The notes beneath the pieces were generated by a model. The model was not told where the DNA came from. It searched no databases and saw nothing but the letters and a program-made list of their open reading frames with translations. A stretch of 22,355 bases of DNA, taken from NCBI GenBank assembly GCA_051117555.1, contig JBNPEG010000053.1, positions 1-22,355 of the forward strand, in the 5' to 3' direction. How positions within the stretch are numbered: position 1 is the stretch's first letter; each line of letters starts with the position of its first letter. The stretch is from Elainellaceae cyanobacterium (GTDB lineage: Bacteria > Cyanobacteriota > Cyanobacteriia > CAZCXK01). Below, one piece after another: positions 1 to 8,162 of the stretch. Both the position numbers and the translations under genes were made by a program.

Positions 1-120
1 TGGCATCTTTGACGTGAAAACGATGTTTCAGCGACTCTCCCTCGACCTCGATGGGTATGAGAAATTTGGCTTCACCTAGTATCCACTACATCTAGGGGGT
101 ACCACGGGAATTCCGGAAGA
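1..120 (+). promoter_or_regulatory. Probable CRISPR leader (proximal part; extends left of the window)
   Basis: Non-coding sequence directly 5' of repeat 1. The + orientation is inferred from the repeat's 3'-GAAAC end, its C(UUCG)G hairpin on + and the terminator after the last repeat. Confidence 0.6.
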
Positions 121-2312
121 TCCAAAACTTCTTCGGAAGTTGAATTAATGGAAACATGTGCATGGATGTAGTACAAGGAAACTTTTTTCCAGCCCCTCAA
201 AACTTCTTCGGAAGTTGAATTAATGGAAACAATACGCCTCCTCGGCATATTAGCTCCCACCTTCTCCTCAAAACTTCTTCGGAAGTTGAATTAATGGAAA
301 CAAGGTGGCACGGAAGTTCGCATATGCAAACGCCTCACCTCAAAACTTCTTCGGAAGTTGAATTAATGGAAACATCTCTCTAACATCTCAGCATCGGACG
401 TGGCCCTCAAAACTTCTTCGGAAGTTGAATTAATGGAAACTATCATCAACAGGCCCTGGGCGTTCCCCGTCCCGGCTCAAAACTTCTTCGGAAGTTGAAT
501 TAATGGAAACTCTTGGCCTTGAGAGTTTTGCTGCTCTTGGCCTTGAGAGCTCAAAACTTCTTCGGAAGTTGAATTAATGGAAACGGTAGTCCAATAACAT
601 TCAGCCTCGTGTGCGCATGCTCAAAACTTCTTCGGAAGTTGAATTAATGGAAACGCTTCAGTCTGCGTTACAGCCTTCCAGAAGGCAACGCTCAAAACTT
701 CTTCGGAAGTTGAATTAATGGAAACAATGCTATCAACATCAGGGCGGGTGGTGAGCAATGCCTCAAAACTTCTTCGGAAGTTGAATTAATGGAAACACCT
801 TTTCCCCTTCCGCTTCTGCACCGAGTTCCCAACCTCAAAACTTCTTCGGAAGTTGAATTAATGGAAACCACTTGCTTACCGACTTCTCGAACCATGATAT
901 AGGTTGAGAGCTCAAAACTTCTTCGGAAGTTGAATTAATGGAAACTTGGGCAGTAACGAGCGTAAATCTCATCATCGGACTGAGGAGTCTCAAAACTTCT
1001 TCGGAAGTTGAATTAATGGAAACAGACTGCCAGTCCATCTGGGAGATGGACGCCAAACTCAAAACTTCTTCGGAAGTTGAATTAATGGAAACCATGCATC
1101 AGCGTCATGTTCGTCACAAACACCAATCTCAAAACTTCTTCGGAAGTTGAATTAATGGAAACTCACCCTCGCTGCAGCTGGTCATCATGGAAGCCATAAC
1201 TTCTCAAAACTTCTTCGGAAGTTGAATTAATGGAAACGATTTTTCACCCACGGCCACAACGTCAATCGTAATTCTCAAAACTTCTTCGGAAGTTGAATTA
1301 ATGGAAACTTGACGTGGAGACGTCATAAGCACCCCGTCAATCGTCCTCAAAACTTCTTCGGAAGTTGAATTAATGGAAACTTTTCCTCGGGGGACAACGC
1401 GGCCCAAGCAGCAGACTCAAAACTTCTTCGGAAGTTGAATTAATGGAAACCAACTGAGTGGCATGAGGAAGCGGCGTATAAACTCAAAACTTCTTCGGAA
1501 GTTGAATTAATGGAAACAGGCGGACCAGCGCTTCCGTGTCCAATAATAGTGCTCAAAACTTCTTCGGAAGTTGAATTAATGGAAACACACTTTCCGGTAT
1601 ATTCGACAAAGCCGCCGAGGTAACAAGCTCAAAACTTCTTCGGAAGTTGAATTAATGGAAACCATTATCAGGAATGTCGGCTGATTAATTCGATAATATT
1701 GAGACTCAAAACTTCTTCGGAAGTTGAATTAATGGAAACCTTATAAATTAACTATTGCGCTCTCTGGCCTCGCGCGCTCAAAACTTCTTCGGAAGTTGAA
1801 TTAATGGAAACCCGCCACACTGGTTGACATTCCCGTTGGCGTCCGCACTCAAAACTTCTTCGGAAGTTGAATTAATGGAAACTGTGGCCGAAGCTGCGAT
1901 GTTTGAGCCCAGCATCCCTCAAAACTTCTTCGGAAGTTGAATTAATGGAAACGCTCCGCAAGCATCCACCTGGAGCTCATTGGGGGGAGACCTCAAAACT
2001 TCTTCGGAAGTTGAATTAATGGAAACTCGCCTTGGACTTCTGTCAGTACTTCAGTCGCTGAAGCTCAAAACTTCTTCGGAAGTTGAATTAATGGAAACCC
2101 GATAAGACGCCCATTGACTACACGCTCGCACCCACTCAAAACTTCTTCGGAAGTTGAATTAATGGAAACTCCATTGAAGAAATCGTATAGAAAGATTTCT
2201 CCTTCATCTCAAAACTTCTTCGGAAGTTGAATTAATGGAAACGAGAGCGGCTCACGTTGATCTGGTCTCCGCCAAATCTCAAAACTTCTTCGGAAGTTGA
2301 ATTAATGGAAAC
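121..2312 (+). CRISPR. CRISPR array, 31 repeats (35 bp) and 30 unique spacers of 32-43 bp; likely type III-associated
   Basis: Repeat CTCAAAACTTCTTCGGAAGTTGAATTAATGGAAAC starts at 121, 196, 267, 339, 406, 476, 550, 620, 691, 762, 834, 911, 989, 1058, 1128, 1203, 1274, 1346, 1416, 1483, 1552, 1628, 1705, 1777, 1848, 1918, 1992, 2064, 2135, 2208 and 2278. Only the first copy differs (TCC instead of CTC). Internal stem AACTTC-TTCG-GAAGTT. Subtype is inferred from repeat style and the broad spacer-length range. Confidence 0.99.
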
Positions 2313-2345
2313 GGCGATTTTGTCCATGGGCAAAATCGCCGTTTT
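2309..2345 (+). terminator. Intrinsic-terminator-like hairpin overlapping the end of the last CRISPR repeat
   Basis: Perfect 14-bp inverted repeat AAACGGCGATTTTG (2309-2322) / CAAAATCGCCGTTT (2331-2344), ending in a short T run. Confidence 0.7.
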
Positions 2346-2479
2346 GCTCGTCTTTATTAAGCTCAAATCTGAACACCCCTGTCAGTAGTCCATCTCTAAA
2401 GATCTCGATGGTTCTACAGCATAAAGACCAACATTTTGTTTATTTATCAGGCTGATAGAAACCTCAAAATCTTGTTGCA

Positions 2480-2766
2480 TAGCCCCCCTACCCCGCAGCA
2501 GCATCTTCAGTGCCTCAACTGACACCCCTCCCGAGCCATCCGTCGAGAGATAAATCGACACCCCCTCCGGCCCTCGCTGCGCCCGATCCATCACCACCAG
2601 CGACATCGCATCAAGCGGCGACTTCACCAGCAGCACCCGCTGCACCAGCACCGGCACCGGCACCGGTTCCAATCCAAAACCAATCCTGGTCTCTGGCTGA
2701 GCCCGGCGCTAATCCATAGAAATGGTTCTCCTCGTCCCAAGTCCCCCGCAAACTGGCCCCAACGAT
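2480..2766 (-). pseudogene. Frameshifted fragment resembling the DUF3991/Toprim C-terminal region of cyanobacterial plasmid MobV-type relaxase proteins
   Basis: Minus strand reads IVGASLRGTWDEENHFYGLAPGSARDQDWFWIGTG, shifts frame in the (GCCGGT)n tract near 2650-2666, then reads VQRVLLVKSPLDAMSLVVMDRAQRGPEGVSIYLSTDGSGGVSVEALK. GASLRGT, xSPxDAMS and YLSTDG are motifs I recall from that family. No start codon; in-frame stop at 2767-2769. Confidence 0.65.
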
Positions 2767-2910
2767 CTATCCGCGATTCCAAGTTAGAGCCTAAGTCGCG
2801 ATCGCACTTCGGCCAATTTCTACATGCCTTGTCACAAACCTATCCTCAGGTTTCCATCTCCCAGTCATATCCGCTCCCTAGCCTGAGGTGATATCCCTCT
2901 CCCTCGCTCT

Positions 2911-2939
2911 GCGTTGGCGGAGCCTCTCCGAAGGAGAAA
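2911..2939. repeat. Small dispersed repeat (SDR)-like element
   Basis: GCGTTGGCGGAGCCTCTCCGAAGGAGAAA with hairpin TCTCC-GAA-GGAGA; resembles short dispersed repeats of filamentous cyanobacteria. Confidence 0.4.
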
Positions 2940-2946
2940 CACCCCT

Positions 2947-3054
2947 ATGACCTCACCCCCCCTCCCCTGGCTTGCCGTCACCGGCGCAACCCAAATCCTC
3001 CAGCAAGGGCTCGACACCTCCCAAAGCATCGCTCAAGCCTGGGATCAGCAATGA
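2947..3054 (+). pseudogene. 35-aa ORF, probable truncated N-terminus of a cyanobacterial conjugative-plasmid membrane protein (VirB6/TrbL-like)
   Basis: MTSPPLPWLAVTGATQILQQGLDTSQSIAQAWDQQ*. The ILxxG...SIAxxWDxQ(W) pattern matches my recollection of such proteins, with TGA falling where the Trp codon is expected. Confidence 0.4.
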
Positions 3055-3068
3055 CATATACATATATT

Positions 3069-3103
3069 GATTTTGGATTTCGGATTGGCGATTTGGGATT
3101 GAG
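3069..3103. repeat. STRR-type heptamer tandem repeat (5 x GATTTTG-like)
   Basis: GATTTTG GATTTCG GATTGGC GATTTGG GATTGAG. Confidence 0.75.
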
Positions 3104-3209
3104 AGATACCTCTGGTCTTAGTTGCTACTACTCTGCTCCTCTCTATCAGCTAGTTGGAGAAGAAGTTTGTTTCAGGTTTATTACATTTTCGTTATCAGGG
3201 AAGACCCCC

Positions 3210-3337
3210 TAGGGAGCCGTAAAGAAACAACGTCACGGTTTGATTGAGCCGTAGGGTACTGTATAGCCTTTCAGGCATGGCTACGCTAAAGCGTCAGCGT
3301 AACGCACACCCATGAGGTTATTTTTTAACAAGCCCTA
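3210..3337. mobile_element. Putative 128-bp MITE with imperfect terminal inverted repeats
   Basis: Left end TAGGGAGCCGTAAAGAAACAACGTCACGG versus reverse complement of right end TAGGGCTTGTTAAAAAATAACCTCATGG: shared TAGGG plus 14/19 identity in the inner block. REP-like CGTAGGGT...AACGCAC interior; no ORF. Confidence 0.45.
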
Positions 3338-3412
3338 ACCGAGTATCCAGTAGATAAGCCGGGGTATATAGGGATGGTGGCGGTTATAGACGCGTCGCGC
3401 AAAAGATTTTGT

Positions 3413-3541
3413 CAGTCAGCAGTCAAGAGAGTGCGTTTGCCCTGGCAATGCGGAGCACAACGTCTCAGCGACCCTACAAGGAACACGCGACCGGGGACGG
3501 TCGCACTGACACGAAAACCTAAACGCTCTCGCAGTCAGCAG
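3413..3541. repeat. Structured 129-bp element bounded by 10-bp direct repeats CAGTCAGCAG
   Basis: Direct repeats at 3413-3422 and 3532-3541; near-terminal complementarity GAGAG(TG)CGTTT / AAACGCTCTC; internal hairpins at 3437-3448 and 3487-3504. Confidence 0.45.
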
Positions 3542-3545
3542 CGCT

Positions 3546-3615
3546 TCCAAACTCTAAACTCCAAAATCCAAAATCCAAACTCTAAACTCCAAACTCTAAA
3601 CTCCAAAATCCAACT
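3546..3615. repeat. STRR-type heptamer tandem repeat (10 x TCCAAAA/TCTAAAC/TCCAAAC)
   Basis: Ten consecutive 7-mers immediately downstream of the glucosidase stop codon. Confidence 0.9.
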
Positions 3616-3617
3616 GG

Positions 3618-6311
3618 TCACTCCAGCACGGTATCTCGTCCTGCATATTCGTTATTCTGCTGAATTAGCTTGGCAATCAGCCCCGTCCATCCGGTTTGGT
3701 GACTTGCTCCCAAGCCTGCGCCATTATCACCATGAAAATATTCGTGAAAGAGAATCAGGTCTTGCCAATGGGGATTGGTCTGGAATGCCTGAATTCCGCC
3801 ATAGAGAGGACGCTGCCCCGATTCATCTGGTAAGAAAATGCGGGTGAGTCGTTGAGAAATCTCATTGGCTACTTCCCATAGATTGAGCATCCGACCCGAC
3901 CCAACCGGACACTCCACTCTAAAGTCATCGCCCAAGTAGTGGTGATATCGCTGGAGCGATTCAATAATCAGGTAATTGACCGGAAACCAAACCGGACCTC
4001 GCCAATTTGAATTACCGCCAAATAAACCGCTGGTAGACTCCGCAGGCTCATAGCTGACTCGATACTCATGCCCATCGACGTTAAACGTATAGGGATGCTC
4101 GTCATGATATTTCGAGAGGGCGCGGATGCCGTAGTCGCCCAAAAATTCCCTCTCGTCTAAGAGCTTTTCAAGGATGCGGCGGACTTTGTCGCGGGGCTCG
4201 ACCCAGCCCATCGTGGCGTAGCACAGAGCTAACATTCGTCGTGCTCCAGCACCTGAGGCTTCCATACAGGCGATATTTTTCTTGAGTTCGGGGCGATTCT
4301 CGATAAACCATTCCACCCGTGCCTTAAAGCCGGGGAACTGGTCGAGCAGTTCGGGCTCCAGCGTCATGACGGCGAAGAGGGGAATCAGCCCCACCATCGA
4401 GCGAATCTTCATGCGGACGCGATCGCCATTTGGCAAGTGCAGCACGTCATAAAAGAAGCCATCCTCTTGATCCCAAAGCTGCGTGCCGTCGCCGCCGATG
4501 TGGTTCATGGCGTCCGCGATGTAGATGAAATGCTCGAAGAACTTGGTCGCCATGTCTTCGTACACCCGATTTTCTCGCGCCAATTCGAGCGTAATCGTGA
4601 GCATATTGAGGCAATACATCGCCATCCAACTGGTGCCGTCTGCCTGTTCGAGTCGTCCGCCGGTGGGCAGGTCAGAGCTGCGATCAAACACCCCGATGTT
4701 GTCGAGCCCTAAGAAGCCACCCTCAAAGACGTTGTTGCCTTCGGCGTCTTTGCGATTCACCCACCAGGTAAAGTTAAGCAGCAGCTTTTGAAACACCCGT
4801 TCCAGAAACGAGCGATCGCCCCGTCCAAACATTTTTTGCTCAATTTTATACACGCGCCAGGTTGCCCACGCATGAACGGGCGGGTTTACGTCACCAAACG
4901 CCCATTCATAAGCAGGAAGCTGCCCATTGGGATGCATATACCACTCGCGGGTCATCAGGTCGAGCTGCCGCTTGGCAAATTCTGGGTCAACCATTGCCAA
5001 GGGAATGGCGTGAAACGCTAGATCCCAGGCGGCAAACCAGGGATATTCCCATTTATCCGGCATCGACAGCACTTCTTCGGTGTCGAGATGAATCCATTGG
5101 CGGTTGCGCCCCTGCTTGCGCTGAGGCGGTGGCGTCGGTTCGGCAGGATCGCCGCTGAGCCAGTCTTCAACGGAGTAGTGGTAAAACTGCTTCGTCCATA
5201 ACAGCCCCGCAAAGGCTTGCCGCTGCACCGCTCGCTGGTCATCTGGAACAGCAAACGGCGTAACGTGGTGATAAAACTCGTCGGCTTCGCGGACTCTCGC
5301 CGCCCAAACCTCATCAAAGGCAGCCCCCAGCGGATCTGCCAAATCTGGCGAATCTGCCAGCCGCAGGCGAATCGTCTGAGTTTCACCCGGATTCACCGTC
5401 AGCCGATAGCAGGGCGAAAATTTGGTGCCGATCTGCCCCGCATTCACCGCATCCTTCTGATTGTGAATGATGTAGTTGTTGATGCCGTCTTTCACGTAAG
5501 GAGACTCATTTTCCGCGCCAAAGACCTGTTCGAAATTGGTTTCATTCTCAGTGAACAGGAGTTCGGGAGAAGCATTGCAATAAAACCAGCGGCTGCCAAG
5601 CTGGGGATGGTTCGCTTCCATCACATCCACCGCCCCATTCGACTGATACACCTTGATGCTCGGCTTCTCGGCTTCATGAAACCACGACCAGGTATTGCGA
5701 AACCACAGGGTTGGCAGCAGGTCTAGTGATTTAGCGTCAGATCCGCGATTGACGACGTGAATTTGAATTAAGACATCATCCGGTGCGGCTTTCGCATACT
5801 CCACGTACACATCAAAATAGCGATCGCCTTCAAATACTCCCGTATCGAGCAGTTCATACTCTAGCTCATCGCGCGATCGCCGCTGGTTTTCGTCCACCAA
5901 CTCTCGATAGGGATAGGCCGCCTGCGGATACTTGTAGAGAAATTTCATGTAGGAATGGGTCGGCGTGCTGTCGAGATAGAAATAATATTCTTTGACATCT
6001 TCGCCGTGGTTGCCCTGATTGCCCGTCAGCCCAAACAGCCGCTCTTTGAGAATTGGGTCTTGTTTATTCCAAAGGGCGATCGCAAAGCAGAGATATTGCA
6101 TGCCGTCTGAAATGCCGCCGATGCCGTCTTCGCCCCAGCGGTAGGCGCGCTGGTGAGATTGGGAATGGGGAAAATAGTCCCACGCTTCCCCCGTGGCGCT
6201 GTAGTCTTCGCGCACCGTTCCCCACTGGCGATCGCTGAGATAAGGCCCCCAGCGTTTCCAAGGAATCTGGCGATCGCGCTCGTCTGTCAGGCGTTGAATT
6301 TCGTCAGTCAT
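3618..6311 (-). CDS. Glycoside hydrolase family 63-like (MGH1-like) glucosidase, about 897 aa
   Basis: Family motifs [63 protein letters not shown] and [15 protein letters not shown] at 6311 is preceded by AGGAG, so it is preferred over the ORF-track TTG at 6341. Confidence 0.92.
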   Translation of the reverse strand: MTDEIQRLTDERDRQIPWKRWGPYLSDRQWGTVREDYSATGEAWDYFPHSQSHQRAYRWGEDGIGGISDGMQYLCFAIALWNKQDPILKERLFGLTGNQGNHGEDVKEYYFYLDSTPTHSYMKFLYKYPQAAYPYRELVDENQRRSRDELEYELLDTGVFEGDRYFDVYVEYAKAAPDDVLIQIHVVNRGSDAKSLDLLPTLWFRNTWSWFHEAEKPSIKVYQSNGAVDVMEANHPQLGSRWFYCNASPELLFTENETNFEQVFGAENESPYVKDGINNYIIHNQKDAVNAGQIGTKFSPCYRLTVNPGETQTIRLRLADSPDLADPLGAAFDEVWAARVREADEFYHHVTPFAVPDDQRAVQRQAFAGLLWTKQFYHYSVEDWLSGDPAEPTPPPQRKQGRNRQWIHLDTEEVLSMPDKWEYPWFAAWDLAFHAIPLAMVDPEFAKRQLDLMTREWYMHPNGQLPAYEWAFGDVNPPVHAWATWRVYKIEQKMFGRGDRSFLERVFQKLLLNFTWWVNRKDAEGNNVFEGGFLGLDNIGVFDRSSDLPTGGRLEQADGTSWMAMYCLNMLTITLELARENRVYEDMATKFFEHFIYIADAMNHIGGDGTQLWDQEDGFFYDVLHLPNGDRVRMKIRSMVGLIPLFAVMTLEPELLDQFPGFKARVEWFIENRPELKKNIACMEASGAGARRMLALCYATMGWVEPRDKVRRILEKLLDEREFLGDYGIRALSKYHDEHPYTFNVDGHEYRVSYEPAESTSGLFGGNSNWRGPVWFPVNYLIIESLQRYHHYLGDDFRVECPVGSGRMLNLWEVANEISQRLTRIFLPDESGQRPLYGGIQAFQTNPHWQDLILFHEYFHGDNGAGLGASHQTGWTGLIAKLIQQNNEYAGRDTVLE

Positions 6312-6418
6312 CGTCAGTCTCCTATACCTTTGCAACAGCAACAGGACTAATATCGCGCGTGCGATCGAACATCACACGCGGTTTGAGAAGAATTTTATAG
6401 CCCTACGGGCTATTGAAG

Positions 6419-6443
6419 TCCCTCTCCCGTTTTGGGAGAGGGA
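6419..6443. repeat. Palindromic cyanobacterial intergenic repeat (TCCCTCTCCC-N5-GGGAGAGGGA)
   Basis: Perfect 10-bp stem followed by TTTAGGGTG, the usual flank of this repeat family. Confidence 0.7.
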
Positions 6444-6515
6444 TTTAGGGTGTAGACGCGCAGCGGCTTCTCTTGGAGTGGGCTACCAAAGTGACCTGCA
6501 CCCCCGCAAATCCGG

Positions 6516-6686
6516 GTAGGGGCACACGGCGGTGTGCCCAGTGCAATAGGTTCATTTGCATGCATACACGGCGATATGCCCCGCGCAACAGGTTCGCCCA
6601 TAGGAACACACGGCAGCGTGCCCAATGCAATCGGTTGAATGGGATGTAATAGACCCTGCATTGGGCGTACAGCTGTACGTCCCTAC
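6516..6686. repeat. GTAG-family REP cluster: three 42-bp tandem units plus one inverted REP
   Basis: GTAGGGGCACACGGCGGTGTGCCC at 6516, degenerate copies at 6558 and 6600, and an inverted copy at 6663-6686 (reverse complement GTAGGGACGTACAGCTGTACGCCC). Confidence 0.75.
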
Positions 6687-6747
6687 GGGTGTCGTGACTC
6701 CTGGATCTCATCAGAATGTATATCGGCGGATTACAAGATGAATGGTT

Positions 6748-7056
6748 GACTATCGCGCGTGAATATCTGAGTATCGCGCGTGAATATCTGAGTATCGCGC
6801 GTGAATATCTGACTATCGCGCGTGAATGTCTGACTATCGCGCGTGAATGTCTGAGTATCCCGCATGAATATCTGAGTATCCCACATGAATATCGGGGCAT
6901 CGCGCGTGAATATCTGAGCATCTTCGCGTGAATGTCTGAGCATCTTGCATGAATATCTGGACATAGCGGACAAATCCTCAACTATCACCCGTGAATATCC
7001 GAGCATCATGCATGAATGTCTGACTATCACCCGCAATGGTTTGACAATCACAGATG
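6748..7056. repeat. 21-bp tandem repeat, about 14.5 units, consensus GA(C/G)TATCGCGCGTGAAT(A/G)TCT
   Basis: Units start at 6748, 6769, 6790, 6811, 6832, 6853, 6874, 6895, 6916 (22 bp), 6938, 6959, 6980, 7001, 7022 and 7043 (partial). Confidence 0.95.
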
Positions 7057-7168
7057 ACAGAAGTGGATTGATTCAGCACTAGCCATTCACGAGATGAATC
7101 TTAGATCCATGACTATAGGTCTCCTTGTCCGTTCGAGCGATCGCCCCCTCCTTCAAGACCTCTCCTCC

Positions 7169-7781
7169 TCACACTGCGCGTTTACGTCGAGTAGACAGCA
7201 GCCGCGCCTCGTGATCGAGACAGCAGCATTCCGGCGCAAGACACGGCGTTTCGTCATTGGGGCAGAGCTTTGCACAGATGACTCGCGGACGCTGGGGATG
7301 ATGGCGATACAGTTCAGCCGCCAGCAGCATGGCAAGAGGCGGCGCAAAGTAATAGATCCAGAAGCCCGTCAGTGCCCGGCACCGTCACCAAATAGTTCAC
7401 CGGCGGAGTCTGAAACGGTGCCCCAATCAGCCATGCCGTGAGCGCAATGCCTGTTAGCCCGCCCGAAAACTGAGCCATCACATAAAACCCCGCATCCCAC
7501 GGGGCGATTTTGCCCAGCCGAAAAAACGTCAGCGTGACAGCCGGGTTGATATGCGCCCCTGATCGCTTGCCCCACGGAGAATAAATGATGGCGATCGCCG
7601 TTAGCCCCATGGCGATCCCGATGATCATGCGTCTGAGAAATGCGTCAGGAATCAGTTGCGGAACGGGGGAATCAGGATATTCAATCACGGTGGTTGCCAT
7701 GCCTGCTGCCACCATGAATAGCCCCAAGCCCCATGCTTCAATCAGATAGTCGCGCCAATGGTCGCGTAATGCTTGAATCAT
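7169..7781 (-). pseudogene. MIP/aquaporin pseudogene with internal deletion and frameshift
   Basis: N-half MIQALRDHW...SGAHINPAVT...YLVTVPG is joined out of frame near 7373 to the true C-terminus LTGFWIYYFAPPLAMLLAAELY...CAKLCPN...RAV* (stop 7169-7171). The second NPA box and TM4-5 are absent. Confidence 0.85.
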
Positions 7782-7893
7782 AGTGAACTCTTCGATATAA
7801 GGAGTCCTGCTTCGCAAGCTTAAAGACTTTTTCTTAAATTTTGATTAGGAGGACGCGCATCATCGAAGCGTAAGCAGACAAAGAGCCTCTTGC

Positions 7894-7925
7894 TAACGCC
7901 ATGTCACATAACGCCATGTCACATA
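7894..7925. repeat. 15-bp perfect tandem duplication TAACGCCATGTCACA
   Basis: Two exact adjacent copies (7894-7908 and 7909-7923) plus TA. Confidence 0.85.
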
Positions 7926-8162
7926 TAGAGCCATACACGGGATCGATTGATAAAGAAAATTAGGTAGTCTTGTGTAAGTTCCATCCAGATTCCATATCTC
8001 TATGCCTGTAGCTACGCTAAGTAGCCCCCCCAATTTTTGGGCGTCTCAGCATCAAGGATCGAGTCAGTGGGGTGATATCGTTCCAATTGGTGTCTTGTCC
8101 TTATTAAATGCGCCAACGTCATCAAATGGCCCGATTGCATCGATAAAATCAGTAGAGGTTTT

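Noticed and set aside
1238..1345. Adjacent spacers share CGTCAATCGT
   Set aside because: Only 10 bp and the rest is unrelated, so chance cannot be excluded.
72..1407. Short ORFs containing VSINSTSEEVL / LKTSSEVELMET
   Set aside because: They are translations of the CRISPR repeats.
2362..2475. CTCAAA / CTCAAAA at 2362 and 2463 as degenerate extra CRISPR repeats
   Set aside because: Only 6-7 bp match, with wrong spacing and no hairpin or GAAAC end.
2510..2719. Pro/Ala-rich 69-aa plus-strand ORF
   Set aside because: Antisense shadow of the GC-rich relaxase-like remnant.
3200..3545. Possible group II intron or retron ncRNA
   Set aside because: No recognisable domain V and no reverse transcriptase in the window; better explained as small repeats or MITEs.
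3374..3847. 157-aa plus-strand ORF
   Set aside because: Made of STRR repeats and the antisense of the glucosidase 3' end.
6410..7051. Minus-strand ORFs of 83, 178 and 106 aa, and the 21-bp array as a second CRISPR
   Set aside because: The ORFs stay open only because the repeat units lack stops; the array has no unique spacers.
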